64,000 nucleotides of DNA from a virus: IMG/VR virus record IMGVR_UViG_3300042894_003945, positions 72,879 through 136,878 of that record; one strand, 5' to 3'. Below are positions 9,495-19,822 of the stretch, in pieces. The notes beneath the pieces were generated by a model that ran no database searches, was not told the DNA's origin, and saw only the letters and a program-made list of their open reading frames with translations. Numbering within the stretch: position 1 is the first letter of the stretch; each line of letters begins with the position of its first letter. Position numbers and translations under genes: made by a program.

Positions 9495-11135
9495 TTAGAA
9501 TCCGCTGTTGAGGTCAGCAACTTCAACTTTACCGAAGAATTCGGAACGCAACATTTTCTTAGCGTACCTGGTCATAAGACCTTTTCTTGGTGTGAAAGTT
9601 TCTGGATCATACAACAATGGAGTCATGATCAATGGAATGTAAGGGGCAAATACCGCACCTGTTTCCAAGAACTGGCTACCTTTGTAAGCCAATAGGATGG
9701 TGTTCTCATTCATGTATGGGTTAACATACACTTTGTAACGGCTATTCAATTGACCAGCTTTGTGTGAACCCATTGCAAATTCTTCTTTGCTACCATCGGT
9801 ATCAGCGGCATAGCCAGGGATAGATTCGATGATTGTAGCGATAGAAGGTCCGCACATAAGTACGTTAGCTTGACCACGCAAAGTCTTTTGGTGGATCTTA
9901 CGAGCTACACCTTGGATCTTAGTACCAAGAGTGGCGAACCACTGACCTTGAGTGTTATAGTAACCACCTGCACCAGCAGTTTGTTGAGACCAAGTACCTG
10001 CTACTCTGTTGTAGAAAGTGTTGGCAGCAGCTGACCAGTAATCAGTGGTGTTAGCGTTTTGGATCAACATGTCGATGATTTCGAGGTCGATCTCAAGAGA
10101 GATATATTCTGACAGAGTAGAAGTCAACTCAGCTTCAGCATCAAGAGACTGGTATGCATTCAGGTCTTGGCTGAATTCAGGAGTCCACTTTGCTTTTAAC
10201 TTTCTAGTTTTAGCAACTACAGCCTCAGAACGAAGTTCAACGTTGATCTCAGGGATAGCGTTAGAACCAGTCAAAGGAGATGATGCTGCATCTTCGAAGT
10301 CACCACGGCTGTTGTCAGCAGGTTGCTTCTGATAGAATACTACGCCAGAACCAGAACCCAAGTTCAATTGACCAGCAGAGCCAGATACAATGAAAGAAAG
10401 GGTATCGTTAGAAGCGTAAGAAGTAAATTCAGCAAACAAGTTGCTTTCGTTTACACCACTACCAGTTACGATGAAACCACGTACAGCGTTGATGTCGAGG
10501 TTAGTCAAAGAACCGCTAGCAGAAGTTACTGACAACTTACGAAGTCTACCAGCAGCAGCAGATGCACTGTAGATAGAGTTGAAGTTAACGTCAGCAGCAG
10601 ATGCTGTTGTGATAGTGTAGTTTACAGATGCAGAGTAGTTGTTGATTGAGTAACCAAAACGACCTGCGCCGTAAAGACCACCAGAAGGATCAACATCTTT
10701 TACATTTGTAGTACCGTACATGCTGTCACCAGATGTGAAACGGTTTTGTTGAGCTGTACCAGGACGGTTGTTACCATACTTGAATTCTAAGAAGAATACA
10801 AGACCAGCAGGTAAAGTCATTGGTTGTACGCTAACGAACTCTTTAGAAGAGATTTCAGCGAAGATTTTACGAACCAATGGAAGAGCTACACCAGCCCATT
10901 GCTCGCCAGCACCTACGGTGAATGTTCCACCAGTACCAGTTTGTGATTGTTCTACGAGAAGCTGCTTAGCTTGGTTCTCAAGGATGATAGACATCCTTTC
11001 TCTACCATAGGCCTGGTTCTTAAGGTCGTTACCTTCAAGAAGACCCGTAGCTTCCCACTTCTTTACTAACCTTTGCGCCTCAGTCATCTGAGATGCGTAC
11101 GGGTTAGAACTTTCGAGGAGAGATTGTACGTTCAT
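9495..11135 (-). CDS. gp23: Major capsid protein (T4 gp23 family)
   Basis: ILENQ, LPLVR, VQPM..P.GL.F.L, AKTRKLKA.WT.E..QDL.A, EIDLEI, PYIPL, TF.PR.G.MTRY. Confidence 0.97.
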   Translation of the reverse strand: MNVQSLLESSNPYASQMTEAQRLVKKWEATGLLEGNDLKNQAYGRERMSIILENQAKQLLVEQSQTGTGGTFTVGAGEQWAGVALPLVRKIFAEISSKEFVSVQPMTLPAGLVFFLEFKYGNNRPGTAQQNRFTSGDSMYGTTNVKDVDPSGGLYGAGRFGYSINNYSASVNYTITTASAADVNFNSIYSASAAAGRLRKLSVTSASGSLTNLDINAVRGFIVTGSGVNESNLFAEFTSYASNDTLSFIVSGSAGQLNLGSGSGVVFYQKQPADNSRGDFEDAASSPLTGSNAIPEINVELRSEAVVAKTRKLKAKWTPEFSQDLNAYQSLDAEAELTSTLSEYISLEIDLEIIDMLIQNANTTDYWSAAANTFYNRVAGTWSQQTAGAGGYYNTQGQWFATLGTKIQGVARKIHQKTLRGQANVLMCGPSIATIIESIPGYAADTDGSKEEFAMGSHKAGQLNSRYKVYVNPYMNENTILLAYKGSQFLETGAVFAPYIPLIMTPLLYDPETFTPRKGLMTRYAKKMLRSEFFGKVEVADLNSGF

Positions 11136-11160
11136 TTTTTGTTTTTTTTATTTTGTTTTT

Positions 11161-12348
11161 TTATTTGATAATACCAGCGAGTTTCTGCCACCTAGATACT
11201 TGCGCATCAGCATCAGTAATCACGCCTTCATTTATAACACGCTTAGTTGAGGTACCGGCTGCCTTAGAAGCAAATCCCATAGACTCTTTAAGACCTACTT
11301 TAGTATTGTCGTTCTTAACGCTGAAAGCTTGATCTAAAGATTCATGTACAATTTTAGCTTCTTTAGTTGTGCTAGCTTTGTCAAATGCGCTAATAACTTT
11401 TAATTTTTGTTGTTCAGAAAGATTGTACTTACGTAAAATCTTATTTAAGTAAAGAAGTTTAGCGTTGATCAAGTTAGTTTCGTTAACTTTTTGAGCTAAC
11501 TCAGCAGCTTGACGCTTAATTTCCTGTAGTTCTTCACTATCATTCTTTTTATCCATCATACCTTTTTCTTCCTTCTTTTCTTCAAGCCCCTTTGCTTTAG
11601 CTGCGCTTTGTGCAATTGATTGAAGCTTTTTGAAAATATCAGGATGTTTTTGTTCAAGGTAATCTGATAATTTAGCGATGCCAGCGCCTGCAGCTCCTAA
11701 TGCTGCGCCGCCTGCTAATCCCTGTAAAATATCCATCATTGTAGAAGCGTCTTCTTTTACTACTTCCTCATCATCAGCTTCTTCTTCCATATTGTAGCCT
11801 TCATCGTCACCACCATCTTCCATTTCAGCAAGAAGTGCAGCGATGTCGATTTCTTCGTCTACTGATTTTTCATTATCATCGTCTCCATTTTCTTCCTCAG
11901 AATCATCATCGTCAGAATGGCTTTTCTTACCTTCTTTTTGTGGCTCCATGTCATCATCACCCTCGTCTTCAACTTCCATTACTTCCTTCTTTTCATCATC
12001 GTCATCACTGTCATCACCTTTTTCACCTTTTTCAAGTTCAGCTATGATTTCATCAAGATCGAAAGCTTCGTCAGCGTCACCTTCTATGTCTCCTTCAGCT
12101 TCTTCTTCCATACCGTAGCCTTCGTCATCACCTTCTTTTTCATGCTTTTCCTCTTCCATTTTATTATCATCATCAGAATCTTCGTACTCTTCTTCAAGAT
12201 CGTCAGCTTCTTCTGATAAACGAGCGGCAAGCATTGCCTTAACTTTAGAATCAAAAGCTTCGTTTAAACTAGCTTTTGCATTCTCAATAGCCATTTTTTT
12301 GATAGCATCCGCTTCTGCGATTGCTTCTTTGAGCAAATTTGTGTTCAT
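11161..12348 (-). CDS. Prohead core scaffold protein (gp22-like)
   Basis: Highly acidic with many (L/I/V/M)-x-E sites; lies between the protease and the MCP; ends RWQKLAGI. Confidence 0.85.
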   Translation of the reverse strand: MNTNLLKEAIAEADAIKKMAIENAKASLNEAFDSKVKAMLAARLSEEADDLEEEYEDSDDDNKMEEEKHEKEGDDEGYGMEEEAEGDIEGDADEAFDLDEIIAELEKGEKGDDSDDDDEKKEVMEVEDEGDDDMEPQKEGKKSHSDDDDSEEENGDDDNEKSVDEEIDIAALLAEMEDGGDDEGYNMEEEADDEEVVKEDASTMMDILQGLAGGAALGAAGAGIAKLSDYLEQKHPDIFKKLQSIAQSAAKAKGLEEKKEEKGMMDKKNDSEELQEIKRQAAELAQKVNETNLINAKLLYLNKILRKYNLSEQQKLKVISAFDKASTTKEAKIVHESLDQAFSVKNDNTKVGLKESMGFASKAAGTSTKRVINEGVITDADAQVSRWQKLAGIIK

Positions 12349-12506
12349 TTTTCCTTAAATTTTTTTTTGGATTTACGCCTATTAAAGAGGTGTAATAGAT
12401 TTCTTTTTATTCAACTCTTTATAAGAAAAAGAGTATTAGGCGAATATGTCTACAATAAATATATAAAAAAAGTAAAAAAAATATATTTTATATAAATTTT
12501 TTACTC

Positions 12507-13115
12507 TTAGCAATGACAAACCCCTGTATTATTACAGATAAGGTCTTTTATAATAGTATCTATATTCTGAAAAGATTGTGTCATTTCGTATCCTTCTTTC
12601 AAGGTTAAATTAGCCCCTTGTGTAGATTCAAAAGATACTAAATCAAATGTCAACAATTTAAAATCGTCATTAACTACTACAGTTCCATCGTGAGATTCTT
12701 GAACACTTCCCATACCTCTAGAGCTAATCCCTACTGGAATTCCTCTACGAAGTAGCCCTGCAGCGATTCTACCTGCTGGGAACTCATCTCCATCTAAAAT
12801 CTCAATATCTCCCATAACATCATCTCCTTTCCAGTAAATGTTTACTATATTATGAGATACGTTTTTAAGGTTAACCACATTAGAATCGCTATGATCTAGC
12901 TCCCCTAAAGCACGGTTTTGCTTAACCATGTTGCTGTTATACTCTTCTATTTCTTTGCGCAGTACTCCTTCAGGATACACCCTACCATTCCTATTTTTAG
13001 CATTAGCCCTTTGTATGACTACATTCTTAATAATCATCTTCTCACCAGGCTTGTAAGCCTCAGTAAGCTTTATAGGACTTATATCTAACTTATAATATTC
13101 TGTAAGTACTTGCAT
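12507..13115 (-). CDS. gp21: Prohead core protease (gp21 family)
   Basis: NRNGRVY, ALGELDH, VSH, GISSRGMGS, DF.L.TFDLV. Confidence 0.95.
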   Translation of the reverse strand: MQVLTEYYKLDISPIKLTEAYKPGEKMIIKNVVIQRANAKNRNGRVYPEGVLRKEIEEYNSNMVKQNRALGELDHSDSNVVNLKNVSHNIVNIYWKGDDVMGDIEILDGDEFPAGRIAAGLLRRGIPVGISSRGMGSVQESHDGTVVVNDDFKLLTFDLVSFESTQGANLTLKEGYEMTQSFQNIDTIIKDLICNNTGVCHC

Positions 13116-13126
13116 GTTATATATAA

Positions 13127-16100
13127 TTATCTATATTTGTTCATTTGTCTATCGGATATTACCTGTAGTGCTTGTAGTATTTTACTTTTAGGATCTATAT
13201 CTTTTCTAGCTCCTTTTTCTGAGGCTTTTTGTATAAACTTTACTATTGTTTTTTCTACGTGACCTAAATTAGGATTTTTTTGTATTCCTTTAGACAATGT
13301 TCTATCTCTCATGTAATCACTAGCTAACTCTTCAGCATTTTTAAGCTGCTGGTCCATTGGGACATTGTCATCAAACATAGAGTCTATTTCTTTTTCGTCA
13401 GCCTCAGCCACTCTACCGCCTCTCATAGTCAATGTATTTGGTTCAAAAGGACGTGCCATTTGAGATCCTAATGGACTATCAGCCATATCATTTAAATCGT
13501 CAGGACGAGCTATTTCGTAGCCTTTAGGAGCATAAGAGTTAAATATGGCAACTCCTTCATCTCCTAACTCATGAACAAGCTTATTTACAATAGAATGTTT
13601 TTCTGTTCCGTTATACCTTACATAAGGATCTTTGTTATCTTGAAATCCCCATTCGTATTTTTTCATGTATTCTTCAAGACGCTTTTTTTTTACTTCAGGA
13701 CCTTGTGCGCCCATATATTGGTCTATACCTGCTTCTTGAAGAGCTTTTCTAATACGTGTACGGATATACGCCTCTAGTTTAGACTCTGTTGCTGGGCTTG
13801 GGAATACTCTATCTAAAACTCCTTTAAGAGGTTCTTTAATATCATTTATTTTTCTAGGAGATCCAAATTGATCACTATTATCTGGGTTATATACCCCTGT
13901 TACATTTCCACTCTTTGTACCAGTAAATGTAGCTTGAGAATTGTCATCTAGAGTAATAACTAATTCATTTTTTTCTTTATTAAAAGTAGCCTTTACAGCA
14001 TTTCCTGTAACCTGCGCCACTTTGTCCAAATCATTTGGGTCTGATTCTATGACAAAAGATATTTGTGTTTTTAACTTAGCTTCGTCTTCTTTGGAAAGTT
14101 CTTCTTTTACATTTTTTTCTGATACGTCACTTTTTCTAGTTAGATTTATTCCGTATTTAGGTAGATTTATTTTACTAACAGTAATATAATTAGTAGAACC
14201 CAAACTATTCTTAAGATCATCTGCTTCTTTTTCTGTAGGAAATCCTTTAATAACACGTTTATCAGCTTTATTTACTACAAAGTACAAAGCTGGTCCTCCT
14301 TTTTCTGATTTTACAGGTTCATTTAATGGAACGGGGCTGTTTACTTTTAAAACTCCTTTTACAGTATCGTATATTGTGTTTCCAGTGTCTTTAGATATGC
14401 CTCTTTTTTTCTCCATTTCAAAATCAAATGAAGGTTGTTTTTGAGCCCCGGCGTCTATTTTAAAATCAGGAACAAGTTTTTTAATCCTACTTAAAGGCAT
14501 GATTAAATCTTCGCTTTTTTTGTCTCCTATTTTAAAATTAACGCTATACACTTTATCCCCAGGTTGCACCTTTCCTACTAATGCCGCTACGTCTTTTGGA
14601 TTTGTAGGATCAAAATAAGAATCATCGGCTGTTCTAACTTTCTTTTCTCCTGAAAGGCTTCTATACCCTCTTAGTTTCTTTTCTGCATCTTGTGTTTTAG
14701 GTTCTTCCCCTTTAGTAGGTTTATTTTTTTTATACTCTTCTTCCGGTACTATAGACTCCACTCCACTTAATTTTGGAGTTCTTGAAAGTCTTTCAATATT
14801 CTCAGCTTGTCTTTTATCTAAAAACACTTTGTATATTCCAGGTGCATATTTAGACACTTTACCTGAATCATACCTTTTTGCTAGATCAAGTGCAGGTGCA
14901 GTAAAATTTCCTTCATCATCAGTAGCAAGAGTTACTGCGTAGTATTGTTTTTCCCTTTTTTGTATATCTTCAGATATTCTTTGGCTGCTTTTCATTTGTT
15001 TCATTTTATCGTACGCGTATTTAATTCTATTATATAAATCTGGATTTTCTGTAAAACCCTTTATATAATTTTTTATATCTTCTATTATCCTGTCTGTATC
15101 TTTTTCACTAACGCTGAGATCTAAAATAGATTTTAAAAAATCTATCATTTTATTATAATACTTTTTATGAGATAATTTTTTATCTTCTTCATCTCTGGTA
15201 TCGTCTACAGAATCAGAGTAGTTTTGTATTATATTCCTTAGTGTAGATACATTATTTCGATCAGTTATAAAACTATCAACTTTGCCTTTTGTCTTACTGT
15301 CAGTTTTTTTTGTAGGAACAGCAGGTTTTTCTTTTTTCACATCAGCACTTGCCGATTTTTTTGGATCTTCAGTCGCACTACCATCCTCACTTCCAGAATA
15401 ATAATATTTCTCAAAAGAGCTATAAAGTTTTGGCCTTTCTAATGTAGTTTCTAGACTGTTAAGTACTGAATCTTCAAAATCCTCATTACCCTCTGCTTCT
15501 ATTTTTACAAACTTTTTTATTTCGTCAGAAAGATTTTTTCTAACTTCTTCTTCTTTTTTAGAAGCTTTTACTCTTTCTTCTTGTGAGGCATTTAAATTAT
15601 ATTTAGTTGCAAAATTTACTATAAGACTCTTTATATACTTTTGTATTTCTGGTCTTAGGAAAAATTCAGCAATTTTTAATTTTTCTGGTTTTGCGGCCGT
15701 AGGGTCTTTTCTTTTAAGTTTTTTATTCCTTTCTATATCTTCTAAATAAGTTAGATAATCCATTAAAGATGTGTTTCTAACTCCTATCCCTTTTTCATAT
15801 ATATCTTTAAGAGGTACCAACTCCAGTTTATGTTCGTCTGATAAATTTTTATTGGTTTTCTCTAGTTGATCTTTTGATAAGTAAATAAAATTTTTAGTTG
15901 CAAACTTTTTAACAACATCAGAACCTTTTGCACCTCTATTATATTCTTTAGTTGACGTATAGTATATATCTTTGCTATGCTCTGGTTGATCACTTGGTAC
16001 TATAGAAGCTGCTATTTTATAATTATTTTTTAAACTGTCATATTCTGACTTTGTTAGTTTTCTATATATTACGTAGTAATGTCTTTTTTGACTATCAACT

Positions 16101-16270
16101 ATATTTTTAAAAGCTATTTCGTGTACGCTTCCTTCTGAAAAAGAAGACTTCGTAGATGGGTAAGTATCTCTAGTTCGTAGAGGAGTACTCCCAGCATCTG
16201 CTACTTTTAAAGATTTTATTTTATCTAAATCTTCTTTTAAGCTATAAAATATTATATCACTAAAAGTCAT
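13127..16270 (-). CDS. Large K/E-rich putative internal head protein
   Basis: 1047 aa within the head cluster; leader ending SLKED and internal ISED, VKEE, LQEA and VAEA sites. Confidence 0.55.
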   Translation of the reverse strand: MTFSDIIFYSLKEDLDKIKSLKVADAGSTPLRTRDTYPSTKSSFSEGSVHEIAFKNIVDSQKRHYYVIYRKLTKSEYDSLKNNYKIAASIVPSDQPEHSKDIYYTSTKEYNRGAKGSDVVKKFATKNFIYLSKDQLEKTNKNLSDEHKLELVPLKDIYEKGIGVRNTSLMDYLTYLEDIERNKKLKRKDPTAAKPEKLKIAEFFLRPEIQKYIKSLIVNFATKYNLNASQEERVKASKKEEEVRKNLSDEIKKFVKIEAEGNEDFEDSVLNSLETTLERPKLYSSFEKYYYSGSEDGSATEDPKKSASADVKKEKPAVPTKKTDSKTKGKVDSFITDRNNVSTLRNIIQNYSDSVDDTRDEEDKKLSHKKYYNKMIDFLKSILDLSVSEKDTDRIIEDIKNYIKGFTENPDLYNRIKYAYDKMKQMKSSQRISEDIQKREKQYYAVTLATDDEGNFTAPALDLAKRYDSGKVSKYAPGIYKVFLDKRQAENIERLSRTPKLSGVESIVPEEEYKKNKPTKGEEPKTQDAEKKLRGYRSLSGEKKVRTADDSYFDPTNPKDVAALVGKVQPGDKVYSVNFKIGDKKSEDLIMPLSRIKKLVPDFKIDAGAQKQPSFDFEMEKKRGISKDTGNTIYDTVKGVLKVNSPVPLNEPVKSEKGGPALYFVVNKADKRVIKGFPTEKEADDLKNSLGSTNYITVSKINLPKYGINLTRKSDVSEKNVKEELSKEDEAKLKTQISFVIESDPNDLDKVAQVTGNAVKATFNKEKNELVITLDDNSQATFTGTKSGNVTGVYNPDNSDQFGSPRKINDIKEPLKGVLDRVFPSPATESKLEAYIRTRIRKALQEAGIDQYMGAQGPEVKKKRLEEYMKKYEWGFQDNKDPYVRYNGTEKHSIVNKLVHELGDEGVAIFNSYAPKGYEIARPDDLNDMADSPLGSQMARPFEPNTLTMRGGRVAEADEKEIDSMFDDNVPMDQQLKNAEELASDYMRDRTLSKGIQKNPNLGHVEKTIVKFIQKASEKGARKDIDPKSKILQALQVISDRQMNKYR

Positions 16271-16275
16271 TGTTA

Positions 16276-16824
16276 TTATTTTTTAATAACTTTCTTTTTA
16301 GGTGCATTTTTCATCTGATTTTCCTTGTCCTTAAAGTTTTTCTTTTTGACTTCAATAGGAAGATCAGCACGATTTTTCTTTTTAGCTTTGTACTCAATCA
16401 TATCTAATCGAGTATAATAGTTTGGATCCTCAGCTAGATGATCTAAAGCAATTTCTTTAGCTTTATCTATATCATCAGTATGCTCAAGTTCGTGTTTCCA
16501 TCCTTTACTAAACTCGTAATAGTTAACTTGATCAGGAGTAAGTTTATCTCCTTTTCCACCTTTAAGCTTTTGTTTCTTACCTTCAGTAAGAGACTCTTGC
16601 AATGATTTAAAAGCACTGAAAAAGTTATATCCTTGCTTTACTTCTGACTTTGATTCTGCATCCCACAAGTGTCCTTTTCCTTTTAATTTAGACACTGTGT
16701 CATCATAAGACATTGTGTTGGTAATAGAATCCTGATATAGAGGATTTCTTCTTACATGCCATAAGAATTCAGACTTAGACATTTCCTCTTTTATCACTTT
16801 TTGATATAGTTGCTGTGTTGTCAT
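16276..16824 (-). CDS. DUF5661-like protein
   Basis: E.EHTDD...AKEIALDHL.EDP.YY motif after an LTE site. Confidence 0.7.
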   Translation of the reverse strand: MTTQQLYQKVIKEEMSKSEFLWHVRRNPLYQDSITNTMSYDDTVSKLKGKGHLWDAESKSEVKQGYNFFSAFKSLQESLTEGKKQKLKGGKGDKLTPDQVNYYEFSKGWKHELEHTDDIDKAKEIALDHLAEDPNYYTRLDMIEYKAKKKNRADLPIEVKKKNFKDKENQMKNAPKKKVIKK

Positions 16825-16825
16825 T

Positions 16826-17083
16826 TTATAATCCTTTTTTAAAAAGTCTTTTATATTCAGAAGCCAAGTCTATAGACTCAGCCCATTTTCCTATTTTTTT
16901 AGTTACAAGTATTCCTTTTTTTCTTTTAGCTTTTGTACCTCCAGCTCCACCAAAAGCATACTTCGTTGCTACTCCCTCACCGTCTCCAGGAGTAACATGT
17001 CCTTGATCTGCTGCAGGAGCTCCTCCCCCAGTAGTAGACATTTCTTTTACTTTATTTTTTGGTATTTTCGAGTTCTTTTTCAA
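16826..17083 (-). CDS. Small basic prohead-associated protein
   Basis: TTG start overlapping the upstream gene; VKE-MSTTGG...YAF. Confidence 0.55.
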   Translation of the reverse strand: MKKNSKIPKNKVKEMSTTGGGAPAADQGHVTPGDGEGVATKYAFGGAGGTKAKRKKGILVTKKIGKWAESIDLASEYKRLFKKGL

Positions 17084-17900
17084 GTTGATAAAAATATAAT
17101 AAATTTTCTAACTCTAAATCAGATACTAATCTTCCAGAAGGTACAGTCCTTATTATGTTTATTACTTCGTCTAATTTAATCTTTCTTACAGGATCCGATA
17201 TATTTTTAGACAAACTAGATAACTTTGTTTTTAGCCTGTCGTATTCTTCATTTACGTACTCCTTAAAAGATTCAGGAGTTGATATATCGCTTATGTACCT
17301 TTTTAAAAGTTTCTTTTGGCTTTCATTTAAATCAGCGTACTTCTCATTAAACTTCTGAATCATTAATTTGTACACAAGAGCCTTGGTACCTTTATCATAA
17401 CTAGCAAATTCTGCTAGTACAGGATCCACATCCTTAGTCTTATGGCTAACACAAATGTCTTCCATTATGGAAAACTTGTATTTAATCTCAGATTCTGGGT
17501 CTATTTTATCGCTTTGGTTTACTTCGAAAAGCATGTACACAGAAGCAAGAGTTTTATAATTTTCTATTTTAGTTTTAAAAAAATCTTCTAAATTATAATT
17601 TTCTTTTATCTGAGATATTAGCTCGTATTTTTGTCTTGCCAATACGTTTTTATTGATCTTTTTATGTGCTTGTAAAGCAGTATCAATTACTGTATTTGCC
17701 TTGGCTTCAGATAAGTTCTTGTTTGAAAGCAAAGCTTTGTATATACGGTACTCTTTGGCAATAAGAGTATCGTTGAAATTCTTTTTAAGAATATCCACAG
17801 CTTTAGACTCCTTATTATTGAGGGTATCAGTAGTTATCTGCCTGATTAACAGCTCAAAAAGCAGTCCCGTGTTTCGAAGTTTATTATGTTTAAGCTTCAT
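17052..17900 (-). CDS. Hypothetical helical protein downstream of the portal
   Basis: 282-aa ORF starting KH.K.RNTG.LFELL.RQ; late motif upstream. Confidence 0.7.
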   Translation of the reverse strand: MKLKHNKLRNTGLLFELLIRQITTDTLNNKESKAVDILKKNFNDTLIAKEYRIYKALLSNKNLSEAKANTVIDTALQAHKKINKNVLARQKYELISQIKENYNLEDFFKTKIENYKTLASVYMLFEVNQSDKIDPESEIKYKFSIMEDICVSHKTKDVDPVLAEFASYDKGTKALVYKLMIQKFNEKYADLNESQKKLLKRYISDISTPESFKEYVNEEYDRLKTKLSSLSKNISDPVRKIKLDEVINIIRTVPSGRLVSDLELENLLYFYQLEKELENTKK

Positions 17901-17926
17901 TGTATATTGATCTTCTATAAATATTA

Positions 17927-19780
17927 CTAAATATCTTCATTAAGTATGTTACTCTCGTCTAAAAGCTGAGATTCATCTCTTTTTTCTTCAAAAAGGACTA
18001 TTTTCTTCTTTCTTTTAGTTTCCAACCCCTTTAAAGAGGTTTCTAACTGGAATGTGCTTATTTTATCCTTCCTAGTCTTGTCAAACGGAGTTTCAGGTTT
18101 CATACCCTTCGATCCTAAAGGATCTCTTCCAAAAGCAGACTTGTCTGTTTTGAATATGGAAGCTTTCTCTTTAGGTCTTCCAACAGGGTTTTTTTCCATT
18201 TCATCATATCCATCAGGCACATCAGAACTAGGCTTCTCATCATTACTAGAATAAACAGAAGCAAGGTCATGAGGAGTTCCGTAAGATTCTCCAGAAAGTG
18301 CTGGATCATTACCTTCGTTTTCTATTTGATTGTAGCGGAATGTTCTCTTGACATCTTCTACTATTAGATCTCTTTCTTGGTTGAGTTGGTCTTCAGACAT
18401 TTGGAATATCTTATCCCCAATCCAATCACTAGAGAATATCTTTTTATCCATTATATCACCAGCAAGGGATACTTTTTCTTTCAGTAAAGCTATCTTCTCT
18501 TGTTCGTATATTATAGAAGGATTGTTTAATTCTAATGCAAAATTTAGTAAATCAGCATCTTCAAATCCTTGTACATATAAATGAATTATAGCTATTTTTT
18601 CTAGTTCACTGATTATAATTCTTTGTAATCTTTCTATCGTTCTACTAAACCTAACATCTAAAGCACTTATGGTAGACTTTCCATTGAGTTCATCAGAGTA
18701 GTTTAAGAATGATTTAGGAACCTTTAGGGAACCTAGCATGAGATCTCTAAGGAATTCCACGTCTTCTATACCAGCGTACTCTAATCCTTTAGTAGTATCT
18801 ATTTTAGTAGTGTTGTCTCCAGGACGTACAGGAATATAAAAATCTTCCAACATGTTCTGTACGTTGAACTTCAGGTTATAATCCCCTGTCTGATTATCTA
18901 CAAATGGAGTTTTTTTCATTCCATTAATAGTCTGTTGCACAAACGCATTAACTTCATTAGGAGGTATATTACCTACGTTGATGTAGAATACACGCTTCTC
19001 AGGAGCCCTCATAATCCTATGCAAAAGCATAGCATCCATCATGAGAGTATATTGCTTAAAATACTTCCTTGCAGGCTCTATGTAAGATCTACCAAATGGC
19101 AAATAATTAGTGTCTGTTAGTAATCTAAAATGCGCTATTTCAAAATTCTCAAAAGATTCTTTATTCCTTGTAGCTGTAGTTCCTCCAGCAACGGCTACAG
19201 GATCGTACACAAATTTAATGTATGATGGATTGTTTGGATCCTGTCCTTCTTCTCTTATCATATCATAAACAGACAGAGGACTAACATTATATACCCCGTA
19301 TTTTTCAGCGATATCCAACTTAAGAAAGAAATCTCCGTATTTACACATAGATCTAATCCACATAGGCAGATTAAATTCAATGTTTAACACTTGATAAAAA
19401 AGGTTGTATAAAATTTTTTGTATATTTTCATTACTACTTCTAATCTTAAGAACCTCATTAGTTTCTCCTTTTAGAGTAGCTTCTTCACATAGGATGTCTA
19501 AAACAGAAGATATAATACCATCTGTGTCCATAGCCTCATAATCTGCATACAACTGAAGTCTAAGTGTTTGATAGTTTAAGGTAGGGTTAAATTGCATCCT
19601 TTGGCCTGCCTTATGAAGCCTGGTAAATCTATCTACAAGAGAGTTGGTTTGTAATTGACCAAAAGACTGTATTCTTTCTACATCTGCCACCTTCAATTGC
19701 TTACCTCCAACATTGCGGATAACCACATCTGTTGAGAATAAACGTTTGAGCCTCGGAAATAAACTTTTGTCTACTGGCAT
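17927..19780 (-). CDS. gp20: Portal protein (gp20 family)
   Basis: RAPEKRVFYINVGN.P, NMLEDFYIP.R, TKIDT..G, LKVP..FL. Confidence 0.95.
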   Translation of the reverse strand: MPVDKSLFPRLKRLFSTDVVIRNVGGKQLKVADVERIQSFGQLQTNSLVDRFTRLHKAGQRMQFNPTLNYQTLRLQLYADYEAMDTDGIISSVLDILCEEATLKGETNEVLKIRSSNENIQKILYNLFYQVLNIEFNLPMWIRSMCKYGDFFLKLDIAEKYGVYNVSPLSVYDMIREEGQDPNNPSYIKFVYDPVAVAGGTTATRNKESFENFEIAHFRLLTDTNYLPFGRSYIEPARKYFKQYTLMMDAMLLHRIMRAPEKRVFYINVGNIPPNEVNAFVQQTINGMKKTPFVDNQTGDYNLKFNVQNMLEDFYIPVRPGDNTTKIDTTKGLEYAGIEDVEFLRDLMLGSLKVPKSFLNYSDELNGKSTISALDVRFSRTIERLQRIIISELEKIAIIHLYVQGFEDADLLNFALELNNPSIIYEQEKIALLKEKVSLAGDIMDKKIFSSDWIGDKIFQMSEDQLNQERDLIVEDVKRTFRYNQIENEGNDPALSGESYGTPHDLASVYSSNDEKPSSDVPDGYDEMEKNPVGRPKEKASIFKTDKSAFGRDPLGSKGMKPETPFDKTRKDKISTFQLETSLKGLETKRKKKIVLFEEKRDESQLLDESNILNEDI

Positions 19781-19822
19781 TTATTTTTGAATTTACAGTT
19801 TAATATATATAAATATTGATTT

